Source: an uncultured Gammaproteobacteria bacterium (GTDB lineage Bacteria > Patescibacteriota > Microgenomatia > UBA12405). Taken from it: a DNA stretch of 64,000 nucleotides. The translations under genes were made by a program, and so were the position numbers. The notes beneath the pieces were generated by a model. That model was not told the DNA's origin, ran no database searches, and worked only from the letters and a program-made list of their open reading frames with translations. Below, piece after piece: positions 26,138 through 36,450 of this stretch. The DNA lies in contig CAZIZX010000002.1 in NCBI GenBank assembly GCA_964544275.1, positions 96,100 to 160,099 on the forward strand. Reading direction: 5' to 3'. The stretch's first letter is position 1, and each line of letters begins with the position of its first letter.

Positions 26138-26386
26138 ATGTTTGATAAAGCAAAAATGTTGGCCCAGGCTTTGAAGCTGAAAAAAGCTGTTGAAGCGGAA
26201 ACCGTTGAGGTGGAAGAGGGTGGAGTTAGAGTGGTGGCCAGTGGAGATCAGAGAGTGAAACATTTATCGGTCAACGGGGTGGAAAATAAACTTTTAGTTG
26301 ATACGGTTAACAAAGCTTTGAAAAAATCACAGGAAGCCGCCGCTAAAAAAATGAAAGACATGGGTGGAATAGAGGGTTTATTTTAA
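26138..26386 (+). CDS. ybaB: nucleoid-associated protein YbaB/EbfC
   Basis: 82 aa. Conserved dnaX-ybaB-recR synteny. YbaB-like segment VVASGDQRVKHLSVNG. Confidence 0.7.
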   Translation: MFDKAKMLAQALKLKKAVEAETVEVEEGGVRVVASGDQRVKHLSVNGVENKLLVDTVNKALKKSQEAAAKKMKDMGGIEGLF

Positions 26387-26395
26387 AAAATATAT

Positions 26396-27019
26396 ATGGC
26401 TCAATTTCCAGCAGCAATCAGTAAGTTGATTGCCATGTTTGAAAGGTTGCCCGGGGTGGGGCCAAAAAGTGCAACCAGGCTAGTCTTTTATTTGCTGAAT
26501 ACACCAGAAAGTTACGTGAAAGAATTTTCGGAGGCATTAGTGGAAATCAAAAGCAGAATCAAGACGTGCAGAGAGTGTTTTTCGGTAAGTGAAGACGAAT
26601 TGTGTGATATATGTAGTAAAAAGGATCGGAAGAAAAATTTGATTTGTGTGGTGGAACGGGCAATAGACGTTATGGCTATTGAAAACACGGGAGGATTTGA
26701 GGGAGTTTATCATGTTTTGGGTGGGGTAATTAATCCGTTGGATCATGTCGGGCCGGATGATTTGAAGATTGATGAGTTAATCCAGAGAATTAAGCAAATT
26801 TATGCTGATAGCAAAAGTAAAAAGCTAGAAATTATCTTGGCGACGAATCCGACGATGGAAGGGGAAGCAACGGCACTTTATATAAATAAACAGATTGAGG
26901 CTTTGGGGGTGGAGGCTCAGGTGAGTCGGATTGGCAGTGGATTGCCAATCGGAGCGGATCTGGAATATGCTGATGCCAGTACTTTAACAAGGGCACTGGA
27001 AAGTCGCAGAGCAATTTAA
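26396..27019 (+). CDS. recR: recombination protein RecR
   Basis: HhH segment LPGVGPKSATRL, C4 zinc finger (CRECFSVSEDELCDIC) and a Toprim domain. Confidence 0.9.
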   Translation: MAQFPAAISKLIAMFERLPGVGPKSATRLVFYLLNTPESYVKEFSEALVEIKSRIKTCRECFSVSEDELCDICSKKDRKKNLICVVERAIDVMAIENTGGFEGVYHVLGGVINPLDHVGPDDLKIDELIQRIKQIYADSKSKKLEIILATNPTMEGEATALYINKQIEALGVEAQVSRIGSGLPIGADLEYADASTLTRALESRRAI

Positions 27020-27032
27020 TATAGTTTAATAA

Positions 27033-27539
27033 ATGAAAAAGATAATCAGTGATACGGCCAGGGCTTTGGGTGAGTTAACGGTGGAGACGGGAAAAGAGGC
27101 GGTTAAACAGGCTGGGGAAATGGGCCGTACAGTAGCGACAACGATTACCGGAAGTGATCTTTTGGGAGATATGGTAAAAATGAGTGATGGGGAGATGAGT
27201 CAAAAGAAAGAACAGGATGAGGCAGTTAAAAATGAGGAGATGGAAAGATTGAGGCGGCAGATGCAAACAGGCCGAAACGTGGAAAGAGAGCTGGAAGAAT
27301 TGAGACAGGAAAGGGAGATTGAGGAAAAGAAGAAGGAAGAGGTGTTTTTGGAGAATATTAGAGTACAGCGAGAGGAAGAGGAGGAAGAGAGACAGCGGAT
27401 GTTGGCACAACAGGAAAGTTCCAATCCTTCAAAAAGGAAAAAGAAAAGAGGAAGTGCTTTTGCTAGGGGTAAGCAGGGCCAGGCATCATTGTCGGAGATG
27501 TCGGCAACGAGTGAGTTTCCAAAAAAGTCAGATCAATAG
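27033..27539 (+). CDS. hypothetical Glu/Arg/Lys-rich coiled-coil protein
   Basis: Highly charged low-complexity ORF with no catalytic motifs. Confidence 0.35.
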   Translation: MKKIISDTARALGELTVETGKEAVKQAGEMGRTVATTITGSDLLGDMVKMSDGEMSQKKEQDEAVKNEEMERLRRQMQTGRNVERELEELRQEREIEEKKKEEVFLENIRVQREEEEEERQRMLAQQESSNPSKRKKKRGSAFARGKQGQASLSEMSATSEFPKKSDQ

Positions 27540-27553
27540 GGTATAATCAGGAA

Positions 27554-28939
27554 ATGAGTAAAAAAATTTATCTTTATAATACTGCTAGTAGACAGAAGGA
27601 AGAGCTGAGGCCGATAAGTGAAAACAAGATTGGAATCTATTCATGCGGACCGACCATCTATTGGAATCAACATATTGGCAATATGTATGCTTATGTTGTT
27701 TGGGATGCGTTGGTCAGGTTTTTGCGGTATGATGGTTTTGAAGTGAAGTGGGTGATGAATATGACCGATGTGGGCCATATGACTTCGGATGAAGATAGCG
27801 GTGAAGATAAAATGGAAAAAGGAGCCAGAAGAGAAGGTTTGACGCCTTTGGAGTTGGCTAAGAAGTATGAAGCTCAATTTTTAAAGAGTCTGGAATTGTT
27901 AAATATTGACAGACCTGATCATTTACCTCGGGCAACGGAACATATTGAGGAGCAAATTAAATTGGCTAAGAAGATGGAAGATCGGGGTTTTACCTATAAA
28001 ACCAAGACGGGGTTGGTATTTGATACCAGTAAATTTCCGGAATATGGCCGTTTGGCTAATTTAAAATTGGACAAAATGGAGGCGGGAGCGAGGGTGGAAG
28101 TTGATCCGGACAAAAGACGGCCGTGGGATTTTTTGTTGTGGGTAACTAATCAACCAAATCATATAATGAAATGGGATTCACCTTGGGGAGAGGGATTTCC
28201 CGGTTGGCACTTGGAGTGCACGGCCATGTCGACTAAGTATCTGGGTGAGAGATTTGATATCCACACGGGAGGAATTGAGCATATCGGAGTGCATCATACT
28301 AATGAAGTGGCTCAGGCTTATGGTGCCTTTGGGGATAAGACAGCCAATATGTGGCTACATAATGCCTGGTTGACTTTGAAAGATGCCAAGATGAGTAAAT
28401 CTGAAGGGAGGGTATACACAATAGAGCAGTTGGGGGAAATGGGATACAATCCGTTGGCTTTCCGGTATTTGGTTTTGACATCTCATTACAGAAAAGGGTT
28501 GGTGTTTTCTTTTGAGTCATTGGAGGCTGCTGGCAAAGCTTTAGATCGGTTGAGGAACTTTGTGGTTGAGTGGAGCGGAGGGGAGACGGGTAAAATTAGT
28601 TTGAAGTACAAAAACCAGTTTAAAGAGGCGGTGGCCGACGACTTAGCTCTGCCGGAAGGGATGGCTGTTTTGTGGAAAATGGTAAAAGATACTGGTTTGA
28701 GTAGTGGAGATAAACTGGCAACGTTACTTGATTTTGATCGGGTGTTAGGGTTAAATTTGAATAGGCCCGTAGATAAATTATTGGTTCCCAAGGAGGTTGC
28801 GGCATTAGTTTCCGAGAGGAATAAAGCTAGAGAGAGTAAAGATTGGCGTCGAGCAGATGAGTTAAGAAAAAAAATTACTGAGTCAGGATATGTAGTGGAA
28901 GATGTGGAAGGTGAGAGTGTGATTAGGAAAATAAAATAA
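27554..28939 (+). CDS. cysS: cysteine--tRNA ligase
   Basis: Class I HIGH region ([13 protein letters not shown]), KMSKSEG, and the C-terminal anticodon-binding DALR-like domain. Confidence 0.9.
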   Translation: MSKKIYLYNTASRQKEELRPISENKIGIYSCGPTIYWNQHIGNMYAYVVWDALVRFLRYDGFEVKWVMNMTDVGHMTSDEDSGEDKMEKGARREGLTPLELAKKYEAQFLKSLELLNIDRPDHLPRATEHIEEQIKLAKKMEDRGFTYKTKTGLVFDTSKFPEYGRLANLKLDKMEAGARVEVDPDKRRPWDFLLWVTNQPNHIMKWDSPWGEGFPGWHLECTAMSTKYLGERFDIHTGGIEHIGVHHTNEVAQAYGAFGDKTANMWLHNAWLTLKDAKMSKSEGRVYTIEQLGEMGYNPLAFRYLVLTSHYRKGLVFSFESLEAAGKALDRLRNFVVEWSGGETGKISLKYKNQFKEAVADDLALPEGMAVLWKMVKDTGLSSGDKLATLLDFDRVLGLNLNRPVDKLLVPKEVAALVSERNKARESKDWRRADELRKKITESGYVVEDVEGESVIRKIK

Positions 28940-28977
28940 TTGTAATTATAAGTATAATGTGTTAATCTAGAGCGTTT

Positions 28978-29268
28978 ATGAATGACAACAAAGATCGATA
29001 TCAGATAGTTTCAGTTTTGAACCCGAAAACTGAGGAGAAAGAAACTGTGCTAAAAAAAATATCTTCTTGGATTGAAGAGCAGGGCGCGGCGGTAACTAAC
29101 TCGATTAATTGGGGAAATAAGGAATTGGCCTATGATATTCAGAAGCTGAATAAGGGGGATTTTTGGATCATGGAGGTGGAGAGCGAAAAGCCTTTGAATG
29201 TGCGGAATTTTAATGTATTTTTAAATAGAGAACCTAGTGTTATTCGTTATATCATTTTGAAAAAGTAA
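28978..29268 (+). CDS. rpsF: 30S ribosomal protein S6
   Basis: S6-like sequence. Conserved rpsF-ssb-rpsR operon. Confidence 0.8.
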   Translation: MNDNKDRYQIVSVLNPKTEEKETVLKKISSWIEEQGAAVTNSINWGNKELAYDIQKLNKGDFWIMEVESEKPLNVRNFNVFLNREPSVIRYIILKK

Positions 29269-29277
29269 GGAGACAAC

Positions 29278-29829
29278 ATGCCTAGTCGATGTTTGAACCG
29301 TGTGATGTTAATTGGTAATTTAACCCGTGATCCGGAATTGAGGTACACCCCTGGAGGAATGGCGGTGACTTCTTTTGGGATGGCGACAAATCGGGTATGG
29401 GTGACTAAGCAGGGTGAAAGAAAGGAAGACGCTCAGTTTCACCGAATTGTAGCTTGGAATAAGTTAGCCGAGCTTTGCTCGCAATTATTAAGCAAGGGAC
29501 GAAGAGTGTTTGTGGAAGGCAGAATCCAATATCGGGAAATTACAGACCAGCAGGGTGTTAGAAAACAGGTATCAGAAATCGTGATTGATGATATGGTTAT
29601 TTTGGATAATAAAGGGGTTCAGTCGAATGAAATGAGAGATAGTGCTGACATGGATAGAGGAATGGAAGAATCCGGCGCTCCGGTGGATGACGATGGAAAG
29701 ATTGAAGATATTGTGATTCCAGATGAAATTATGGATGAGGCGGAGCCTGAAGTTAAAAAAGAGGACCAAGAGGTGACTACTGAACCAGCTGATGCGGACA
29801 AGCCAGCTGAAGAGGAGATGCCCTTTTAA
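29278..29829 (+). CDS. ssb: single-stranded DNA-binding protein
   Basis: OB-fold segment (LNRVMLIGNLTRDPELRYTPGG), an acidic C-terminal tail ending in EEEMPF. Confidence 0.85.
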   Translation: MPSRCLNRVMLIGNLTRDPELRYTPGGMAVTSFGMATNRVWVTKQGERKEDAQFHRIVAWNKLAELCSQLLSKGRRVFVEGRIQYREITDQQGVRKQVSEIVIDDMVILDNKGVQSNEMRDSADMDRGMEESGAPVDDDGKIEDIVIPDEIMDEAEPEVKKEDQEVTTEPADADKPAEEEMPF

Positions 29830-29849
29830 TTAAACAAGGAACAGAAAAT

Positions 29850-30089
29850 ATGGTAAGACCCAAGAAAGCTTTTGTAATTCAACCGAGATCAAAAGAATGC
29901 CATTTTTGTAAGACGGCAACTGAGCCGGTATGGCAGGAATATGAGGTTTTGAGGGATTACTTATCCTCACGAGGGAGAATTTTGAGTTCTCAATATACGG
30001 GCGTGTGTGTGAGGCATCAGAAGGGTTTGGCAAGAGCGATTAAGCAAGCCAGGCACTTGGCGTTGATACCTTTTACTACGCAAGAATAA
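29850..30089 (+). CDS. rpsR: 30S ribosomal protein S18
   Basis: CHFCK...RDYLSSRGRILSSQYTGVCVRHQKGLARAIKQARHLALIPF matches S18. Confidence 0.85.
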   Translation: MVRPKKAFVIQPRSKECHFCKTATEPVWQEYEVLRDYLSSRGRILSSQYTGVCVRHQKGLARAIKQARHLALIPFTTQE

Positions 30090-30112
30090 AGCGTGGTGTT
30101 AGTTTTTTAAAG

Positions 30113-30146
30113 AGACCCTCCTTTTTATAAAGGAGGGTTTTTGTTT
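30113..30146 (+). terminator. intrinsic terminator after rpsR
   Basis: AGACCCTCC-TTTTTATAA-AGGAGGGTTTTTGTTT. Confidence 0.65.
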
Positions 30147-30911
30147 ATAATAAGGAAGATGAGACAAAAAAAGATTAAAGCCAGGTGGGTAATCAAATTA
30201 CCAAGTGGGGCAAAGATGGCGGTTAAGGCAGGGGTGAAGGTGGCAGAAGGTGAAGTTTTGGCCAGCGTAGTCCAGGGTTTGGTGGAGACAGTTGATATGT
30301 CGCTGATACTTCATGAAATAAAGGCGGAAGAAGCAGATATTTTTCGCCAAACTTGGATTGATAAGGAGGTGGCTGAGGGTGAGGTGTTGTTGAAAAAGGG
30401 AGGTCTTTTTCCGAGAGTAATAACTTCTCCTAAAAGTGGGGTGGTAAGGAAAATTGATGAGTTTTTTAATTTTGAGTATTGGCAGAAGGTTAATCTGTCA
30501 AGAGAGATAAAAAGTCCGGTGGCGGCTAAGGTGGCGGAATTGGATAAAGGAAGGTTGGTTTTGGAGTTTAGTGCTTTTGAGTTTAAAGGGGTTGGTTTGA
30601 CTTTGGGAAAGGTTTGGAGCAATGGAACTATTCCTTTGGTTGAGAAAATTAGTGATTTGAACCATCAGATGAAAGGGCAGATTGTGGCTTTGAGAAATTT
30701 TAGTAGTGTGATGCTGATGAAGGCGGAGGTAATTGGGATAGGGGGGATTTTGGTAATTGGGGAGGAGGTATCTGACTTGAAGTCAGAGATTCCGACTATG
30801 GTGATTGAAGAAGAGGAGTGGGATAAATTGGATGCGGCGACAGAAAGAGGTGGGGGGGCGAGGTTTTTGTTAAATTCGAAATCGGGGAGATTGTTGGCCG
30901 TGGTAGAATGA
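30141..30911 (+). CDS. hypothetical protein with barrel-sandwich-hybrid-like repeats
   Basis: VKAGVKVAEGEVLASV and EVAEGEVLLKKGG resemble lipoyl/BSH motifs. Start uncertain because it overlaps the terminator. Upstream of ctpA. Confidence 0.3.
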   Translation: MFIIRKMRQKKIKARWVIKLPSGAKMAVKAGVKVAEGEVLASVVQGLVETVDMSLILHEIKAEEADIFRQTWIDKEVAEGEVLLKKGGLFPRVITSPKSGVVRKIDEFFNFEYWQKVNLSREIKSPVAAKVAELDKGRLVLEFSAFEFKGVGLTLGKVWSNGTIPLVEKISDLNHQMKGQIVALRNFSSVMLMKAEVIGIGGILVIGEEVSDLKSEIPTMVIEEEEWDKLDAATERGGGARFLLNSKSGRLLAVVE

Positions 30912-32107
30912 AAAGATCAATGAAAAAAATTAGAAATGTAGTACTGGTGGTGGCCTTGGTAATATTGACTTCAGTGGTGAGTTTTCGCTTGGGTCAATCC
31001 AATAGTAGACAGACTGCTGGTGGAGAACTGGACTTGTCGATGATGTGGACGGTTAAATCTCGATTGGAGAAGGTCTTTTTGGATAAGGATACGATGGACG
31101 AAAAAGGAATGACTTACGGTGCGATTTCAGGAATGGTGTCGGCGTTGGGTGATCCTTATACGGTATACTTACCGCCAAAGGATAATAAGAGCTCGAACGA
31201 AGATTTGGCCGGTGAGTTTGGAGGAGTGGGTATCTCTTTGGGTTATAAGGATAAAACATTGGCGGTAATGACTCCGTTGCCCAAAACTCCGGCAGAAGTG
31301 GCGGGCATAAAAGCAGGTGATTTGATTGTAAGGATTAAAGACAGTGGAAAGAACATTGATAGAGATACTGTGGGTATCGCTTTAGATGAGGCAGTTGAGA
31401 TTATACGGGGAAAAGTAGGTACTGAAGTTATTTTGACTTTATTGCGAGAGGGAAAAGATGGTTCGTTTGAGGTGGTGCTGAAAAGAGATAATATTGTTGT
31501 ACCAAGTGTAGAAATGGAGTGGAAAGAGAAAGATGGTAAGAAATTTGCTTGGTTAAAGGTCTACAAATTTACTGAAAGGTTGAGTGTGGAATGGAATGAA
31601 GCGGTAGAGAAGATTGTTAAAGAGAAGGGCACTGATTATGGTGGGGTGGTACTGGATTTGAGGAATAATCCTGGAGGATACTTGCAATCGAGTGTGATGG
31701 TGGCATCGGATTTTCTATCTGAAGGTGTGGTAGTGAAGCAGGAATCGGGTGACGGAAAAGTTGAAATCTATAATGTGGAAAAAAGAAAACAAAGATTATT
31801 GAATGACAAAATGGTAATTTTGATGAACGGTGGTTCGGCGTCAGCATCGGAAATTCTGGCTGGGGCGCTGAGTGAACATGGCCGGGGTAAAATGGTGGGT
31901 GAGACGACTTTTGGTAAAGGGACTGTCCAGCAACCGGAAAATTTTGATGATGGGTCAGGTCTTCATGTGACGGTGGCGAAATGGCTATTGCCAAGCGGGA
32001 AAAATATTCACAAGGAGGGCGTGAGTCCGGATGTTGAAATAAGTGATGATAGTGAAACGGAAGAAGATGAGCAACTGGAGAGAGCGATGCAAGTCCTACT
32101 TGAGTAG
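30908..32107 (+). CDS. ctpA: carboxyl-terminal processing protease (S41)
   Basis: N-terminal anchor, PDZ domain and S41 catalytic region (ILMNGGSASASEILAGAL...GKGTVQ). Confidence 0.85.
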   Translation: MKRSMKKIRNVVLVVALVILTSVVSFRLGQSNSRQTAGGELDLSMMWTVKSRLEKVFLDKDTMDEKGMTYGAISGMVSALGDPYTVYLPPKDNKSSNEDLAGEFGGVGISLGYKDKTLAVMTPLPKTPAEVAGIKAGDLIVRIKDSGKNIDRDTVGIALDEAVEIIRGKVGTEVILTLLREGKDGSFEVVLKRDNIVVPSVEMEWKEKDGKKFAWLKVYKFTERLSVEWNEAVEKIVKEKGTDYGGVVLDLRNNPGGYLQSSVMVASDFLSEGVVVKQESGDGKVEIYNVEKRKQRLLNDKMVILMNGGSASASEILAGALSEHGRGKMVGETTFGKGTVQQPENFDDGSGLHVTVAKWLLPSGKNIHKEGVSPDVEISDDSETEEDEQLERAMQVLLE

Positions 32108-32134
32108 ATTAAAAAAATATTTTATTATATTATT

Positions 32135-33316
32135 TTGAATATGGAAGGAAAAACGATAAGAGGCTTTTTGTTGGGTTTGTTATTGGGTGGTGTTTTGGTG
32201 ACTGGAGTGGTGGGTGGGGCTGCGGCTGACAGGGTTTTTGGATTTAGTTTTTTGGATAAGTTAATTAACAGGAGTAGTCAGGGTGGTCCGGCATTGATAA
32301 CCGACAGGGAGGTAGTAAATGAAGAATCGGTAGTGACATCAGTGGTGGAAAGTGCGACGCCAAGTGTGGTGACGGTGTCAATTAGTAAAACTCAAGTTTA
32401 TAGCGCTGATCCATTTGATTTTTTTGGAAGTTTTTTTGGAATTCCCCGAGGCGAGACGCGTCAGGAGAATATCGAACAGGATATCGGGACGGGATTTGTT
32501 ATATCGGCCAGCGGGTTGATTGTAACGAATAAACATGTGGTATCAGACACCAATGCTAAGTATCGGGTGGTGGCTGGCAAAGATGAGGTGATTGAAGTAG
32601 AAAAGATATATCGTGATCCGACGAATGATTTGGCAATTTTGAAAGTCAACAAAACCGGATTGATCCCGGTGGAAATGGGGGATTCGGATGAACTAAAGGT
32701 GGGTCAAACAGTGATAGCTATCGGGACGGCTTTGGGTGAGTTTAGATCGACAGTAACAACCGGAGTAATATCGGGATTGGGAAGGGGTATTGTGGCGGGT
32801 TCTCCGCTGTCTGGATCCGAGAAACTTGATAATGTTATCCAGACCGATGCGGCAATTAATCCAGGAAATTCGGGAGGGCCTTTGTTCAATAGTCAGGGAC
32901 AGGTGATCGGAGTAAATGTAGCAGTGTCTCAATCAGGGCAAAATATTGGATTTGCTCTGCCGATAAATTTGGTAAAAGATTCAATAACTAATTTTGAAAC
33001 AACCGGGGCGTTTGATAGACCGTATATGGGCGTTTCCTATAGAACGATATCCAAACAGGCGGCTTTGTTAAACGAAGTCCCTGCAGGGGCTTTTGTGCAG
33101 GAAGTTATTGAGGGTAGTCCGGCAGCAAAGTCAGGGATAAAGGAGGGGGATATTATAGTTGAGATGGATGGGAAAAAACTTGGCGAGAATGAAGATTCGT
33201 TAACTGAAATTATTAACAAGAAGAAAATAGGTGATTTGGTGAAGGTGAAATACTGGAGGAATGGAGAAGACACAACTGTAGATGTCAGACTGGAACAGCG
33301 GGATATGAGTAATTAG
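32135..33316 (+). CDS. htrA: HtrA/DegP-family serine protease with C-terminal PDZ
   Basis: Catalytic triad context ([19 protein letters not shown]...D...[11 protein letters not shown]) and a PDZ domain. Confidence 0.85.
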   Translation: MNMEGKTIRGFLLGLLLGGVLVTGVVGGAAADRVFGFSFLDKLINRSSQGGPALITDREVVNEESVVTSVVESATPSVVTVSISKTQVYSADPFDFFGSFFGIPRGETRQENIEQDIGTGFVISASGLIVTNKHVVSDTNAKYRVVAGKDEVIEVEKIYRDPTNDLAILKVNKTGLIPVEMGDSDELKVGQTVIAIGTALGEFRSTVTTGVISGLGRGIVAGSPLSGSEKLDNVIQTDAAINPGNSGGPLFNSQGQVIGVNVAVSQSGQNIGFALPINLVKDSITNFETTGAFDRPYMGVSYRTISKQAALLNEVPAGAFVQEVIEGSPAAKSGIKEGDIIVEMDGKKLGENEDSLTEIINKKKIGDLVKVKYWRNGEDTTVDVRLEQRDMSN

Positions 33317-34035
33317 AGGGTTGTTGTTTGGTTGCTGTCCAGAACGGAGAGTTCCAATAAAAGATCTTCGAGGTCGCCTTGCATAGTTTTATCTAGATTA
33401 AATGTTTTGTCTATCCTGTGGTCTTTTATTTGATTTCTGGGAAAATTATATGTTCGGATTTTGTCGGCCCTATTTCCCTGGCCAATAGAGGCCCTGGTGC
33501 CGGTAATTTGAGAGGTTCTTTTTTCTTCTTCAATTTGCCAGAGTTTGGCTCGGAGTAGGTCCATGGCGATTTCACGGTTTTGTTGTTGAGACCGTTCCTG
33601 ACGGACGGAGAAAGTTAGCCCAGTGGGTTTGTGAACAATTCTGACAGCAGTTGACACCTTGTTGACATTCTGGCCGCCTTTGCCCCCAGCCCTTGATGCA
33701 GTCATGTCGACATCATCGGGGTTGAGGATGACATCTTTGGCTTCAATCTGAGGATAAACAACCACTGAGGCAGTAGAAGTTTGGATACGGCCCCTTTTTT
33801 CAGTAAGGGGGATTCTTTGGACACGATGGGTGCCGGTCTCGAACCTCAATTGGTTATAAGCATCGAAACCCGAAATTTTTATAATGTTGTCGTCAATCTG
33901 GGAAACCTTCCAACCAACTTTATTGGCATAGCGAATGTACATGTTTTGCAGGTCCTGGGCCCAAATAGCCGCTTCTTGGCCTCCAGGACCCAAATAGAAC
34001 TCCAAGATGGCTACATGGGAATCTATGATGGGCAT
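33313..34035 (-). CDS. prfA: peptide chain release factor, RF1-type, lacking N-terminal domain 1
   Basis: GGQ ([13 protein letters not shown]), PxT-type tripeptide (QRIPLTE), and the RF1-specific [16 protein letters not shown] segment. Only 240 aa and starts 14 nt after the rpmE stop. Alignment begins at about residue 107 of E. coli RF1. Confidence 0.65.
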   Translation of the reverse strand: MPIIDSHVAILEFYLGPGGQEAAIWAQDLQNMYIRYANKVGWKVSQIDDNIIKISGFDAYNQLRFETGTHRVQRIPLTEKRGRIQTSTASVVVYPQIEAKDVILNPDDVDMTASRAGGKGGQNVNKVSTAVRIVHKPTGLTFSVRQERSQQQNREIAMDLLRAKLWQIEEEKRTSQITGTRASIGQGNRADKIRTYNFPRNQIKDHRIDKTFNLDKTMQGDLEDLLLELSVLDSNQTTTL

Positions 34036-34049
34036 AAGAAGTTTGAGGT

Positions 34050-34286
34050 TTAAGCTTTTTTGGCTTGTTTTTTGGCAAATTCTTGACCTTGGGTAACTTT
34101 GCGCTTGAATTTATCAATACGACCGCGGGTGTCAACAAATTTTTGTTGGCCGGTAAAGAAAGGATGACATTTGGAGCAGACTTCAACTTCGATTTTTTCG
34201 ACAGTTGAGCCGGTAGTGAAGTTGTTGCCGCAGGTGCAAGTAACCTGACATTGTGAATAAAATTTTGGGTGTATACCTTGTTTCAT
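34050..34286 (-). CDS. rpmE: 50S ribosomal protein L31
   Basis: [10 protein letters not shown]...CTCG...[10 protein letters not shown] is the L31 type A signature with a CxxC zinc motif. Confidence 0.85.
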   Translation of the reverse strand: MKQGIHPKFYSQCQVTCTCGNNFTTGSTVEKIEVEVCSKCHPFFTGQQKFVDTRGRIDKFKRKVTQGQEFAKKQAKKA

Positions 34287-34305
34287 AGCTTCTTATTATA
34301 CCAGA

Positions 34306-35571
34306 TTATTGGCGATTTAAAATTTTTATTAGTTGTTCTCGAGAAACTTTGCTTTGTTTGTTTTGGGCTAAATCTTTGATAACAACTTTATTTTCCTTGA
34401 TTTCATCGGGTCCAATGATACAAAGGTAGGGTATGGCCAAATCAAGAGCGTATTTGATTTGTTTACCCAACTTGTCGGCCTTGGGGTAAAAAACGACACT
34501 TAAATTATTTTGGCGCAAGAAATTGGCTAATTTGAGGCTATCTGTTTCAGTTTCTGGGTCGAAATTGGCAACGAGAATATTAATTTTGGTTTTGGGTAAG
34601 TTAGGTAGTAAGTTTAGCTCGATGATGCAGTCAACAATGCGGTCCAGACCGATAGTAGTACCAACGGCAGGAATATCCGGACCACCCAGATCTTTGACTA
34701 AACTATCATAACGGCCGCCTCCAGTAATTGATCCGATTCTTGGTTCTTCGACATAAGTTTCGAATATTGGTCCAGTATAATAATCCAAGCCTCGAACCAT
34801 GGTCGGGTCAAAAGTATAGGCCGTGTCCGGTACGTCAAAGTTTTTGATTTTGGAAAACATTTCCTGAAGGTATTCGTCAGGTTGAGCTGATTTGATATAT
34901 TCAAAAAGACGGTTGATTGAGCCTGGTTGGAGGCCTTTACCGACGAGTTCATTTTTTACTCCTTCTTGACCTATTTTCTGGAATTTATCGAGACTTTGTA
35001 GTACAGAATTTTGTTGTTCTTTGATGCCGGATTTTTCGATAATTTGCTTTAGGACCTGGCGGCTGTTGATTCGGATAGAATATTTTTTGAAATTGAGTTT
35101 TTCTAAAACTGTATAGATAACGGCTATTGTTTCGGCGTCGGAAAGGGGAGAAGAAGACCCGAAAGTATCTATATCACATTGAAGCACTTCACGATAGCGG
35201 CCTTTCTGGGGTTTTTCCGAGCGCCAAACAGGTTGGATTTGGTAACGCTTAAAAGGGAGTGGCAGTTTGTTGGAGTAAAGACTGAGGACTCTGGAAACTG
35301 GTACGGTCAAGTCGTAGCGAAGACCTATTTGGCGCTGACCTTGGTCCTGAAAGGTATAAACGAGCTTGTCGGCTTCAGGGCCATATTTGCCCAGAAGAGT
35401 GGCGGAATATTCAAGTGAAGGTGTCTCCAGGGGGAGAAAGCCGAAACTTTCAAAAACTTCAATAAGTAAGTTTTTGACGTAATTTCTGACAATCATTGTT
35501 TCGGGAAGAAAGTCACGAAAGCCTTTTAGTGTTTGTGATTTGTTTTTGGCGGGTGGATTTACTCGATTCAT
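34306..35571 (-). CDS. hisS: histidine--tRNA ligase
   Basis: Class II motifs (GFRDFLPE, RYDLTVP, YYTGPIFE, GGGRYD) and a C-terminal anticodon-binding domain. Confidence 0.9.
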   Translation of the reverse strand: MNRVNPPAKNKSQTLKGFRDFLPETMIVRNYVKNLLIEVFESFGFLPLETPSLEYSATLLGKYGPEADKLVYTFQDQGQRQIGLRYDLTVPVSRVLSLYSNKLPLPFKRYQIQPVWRSEKPQKGRYREVLQCDIDTFGSSSPLSDAETIAVIYTVLEKLNFKKYSIRINSRQVLKQIIEKSGIKEQQNSVLQSLDKFQKIGQEGVKNELVGKGLQPGSINRLFEYIKSAQPDEYLQEMFSKIKNFDVPDTAYTFDPTMVRGLDYYTGPIFETYVEEPRIGSITGGGRYDSLVKDLGGPDIPAVGTTIGLDRIVDCIIELNLLPNLPKTKINILVANFDPETETDSLKLANFLRQNNLSVVFYPKADKLGKQIKYALDLAIPYLCIIGPDEIKENKVVIKDLAQNKQSKVSREQLIKILNRQ

Positions 35572-35593
35572 AGTTTGATTGTAGCATTAAGTA

Positions 35594-35613
35594 AAAAGCC
35601 CCGAAGGGGCTTT
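35594..35613 (-). terminator. GC hairpin (AAAGCCCCTTCGGGGCTTTTT on the minus strand) between tRNA-His and the hisS start
   Basis: Perfect 7-bp stem with a GAAG-type loop and a T5 tract on the minus strand, ending about 22 nt before the hisS ATG. Either a terminator or an attenuator. Confidence 0.45.
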
Positions 35614-35614
35614 G

Positions 35615-35689
35615 GGTGGTACACCGGACTTGAACCGGCAACCTTCTGCTCCACAGGCAGATGCTCTAACCAATTGAGCTAGTACCACC
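35615..35689 (-). tRNA. tRNA-His (anticodon GTG), with encoded G-1 and C73 discriminator; CCA not encoded
   Basis: Manual cloverleaf. G-1 plus the GTGGTAC/GTACCAC acceptor stem, D-arm GCTC/GAGC, anticodon stem TCTGC/GCAGA with loop CTGTGGA, T-arm GCCGG-TTCAAGT-CCGGT. Confidence 0.8.
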
Positions 35690-35748
35690 ATAAATTAGGG
35701 ACATGGATAGTATAGGCGAAAAAGAGGCAAAATTAAAGTATTTGAGAA

Positions 35749-36447
35749 TTATTGTTCAGGTACCGGAGTTGGGGTGGGTATACTTTGTTGAAATATTTTG
35801 ACTGCGTAAAATGTTTTGGCCATAGTCGGGTGGGGCTTAATGATACAAATTATTTTTTGTCCCGTTACTATGGTAGTATCAGTCGGTTTTTTGTTATTTT
35901 TGTCGAGGATTATAGTTTTGGTGTCGGTAGTTATCTGGTATTGCTGGTCTTTGTTTTGGGTGGGTATGAGGACAAAAACGGGAGAGGAGACGGAGGCATC
36001 GACGACAGCGCCGATTAAAACTTGTTCCTGACTTTGAATTGTTTTTATGTCCATAAAAATAAGTCTTTTGGTTTCTAGGACGTTGGGTTCGGTAAGATAA
36101 CCCATAGCCAGTACATCCTGACCAACCTGTATCTTGTCAAACTGAGTTTTGTTTCTTTTGGAATCAATATAAGTTGTATCGTCGTTGACGATAAGGGTCA
36201 GGTTTTGGGAATTGTGGGTTATTAATATTTGATTTTGGTTTATTTGCGATACTGTGCCGATATGACCCTTTTTGGTTGATTCGGGATCGGTAATGTCTTT
36301 AATTTTTTCCAGGACTTTATCCTGAACCACCTGTCTTATTTTTTGGATTTCATCCAGATTGACTGGGTTGGGGGTGGGTGTATTGGCGTAGACAAATTGG
36401 GTGGTAAAAACAAGGGAAAGAATAAGGCTAATGATGGTAATTATCAT
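35749..36447 (-). CDS. hypothetical secreted/membrane-anchored protein
   Basis: N-terminal hydrophobic anchor, a Pro/Thr linker and beta-rich repeats. No catalytic motif. Confidence 0.3.
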   Translation of the reverse strand: MIITIISLILSLVFTTQFVYANTPTPNPVNLDEIQKIRQVVQDKVLEKIKDITDPESTKKGHIGTVSQINQNQILITHNSQNLTLIVNDDTTYIDSKRNKTQFDKIQVGQDVLAMGYLTEPNVLETKRLIFMDIKTIQSQEQVLIGAVVDASVSSPVFVLIPTQNKDQQYQITTDTKTIILDKNNKKPTDTTIVTGQKIICIIKPHPTMAKTFYAVKIFQQSIPTPTPVPEQ

Positions 36448-36450
36448 AGA

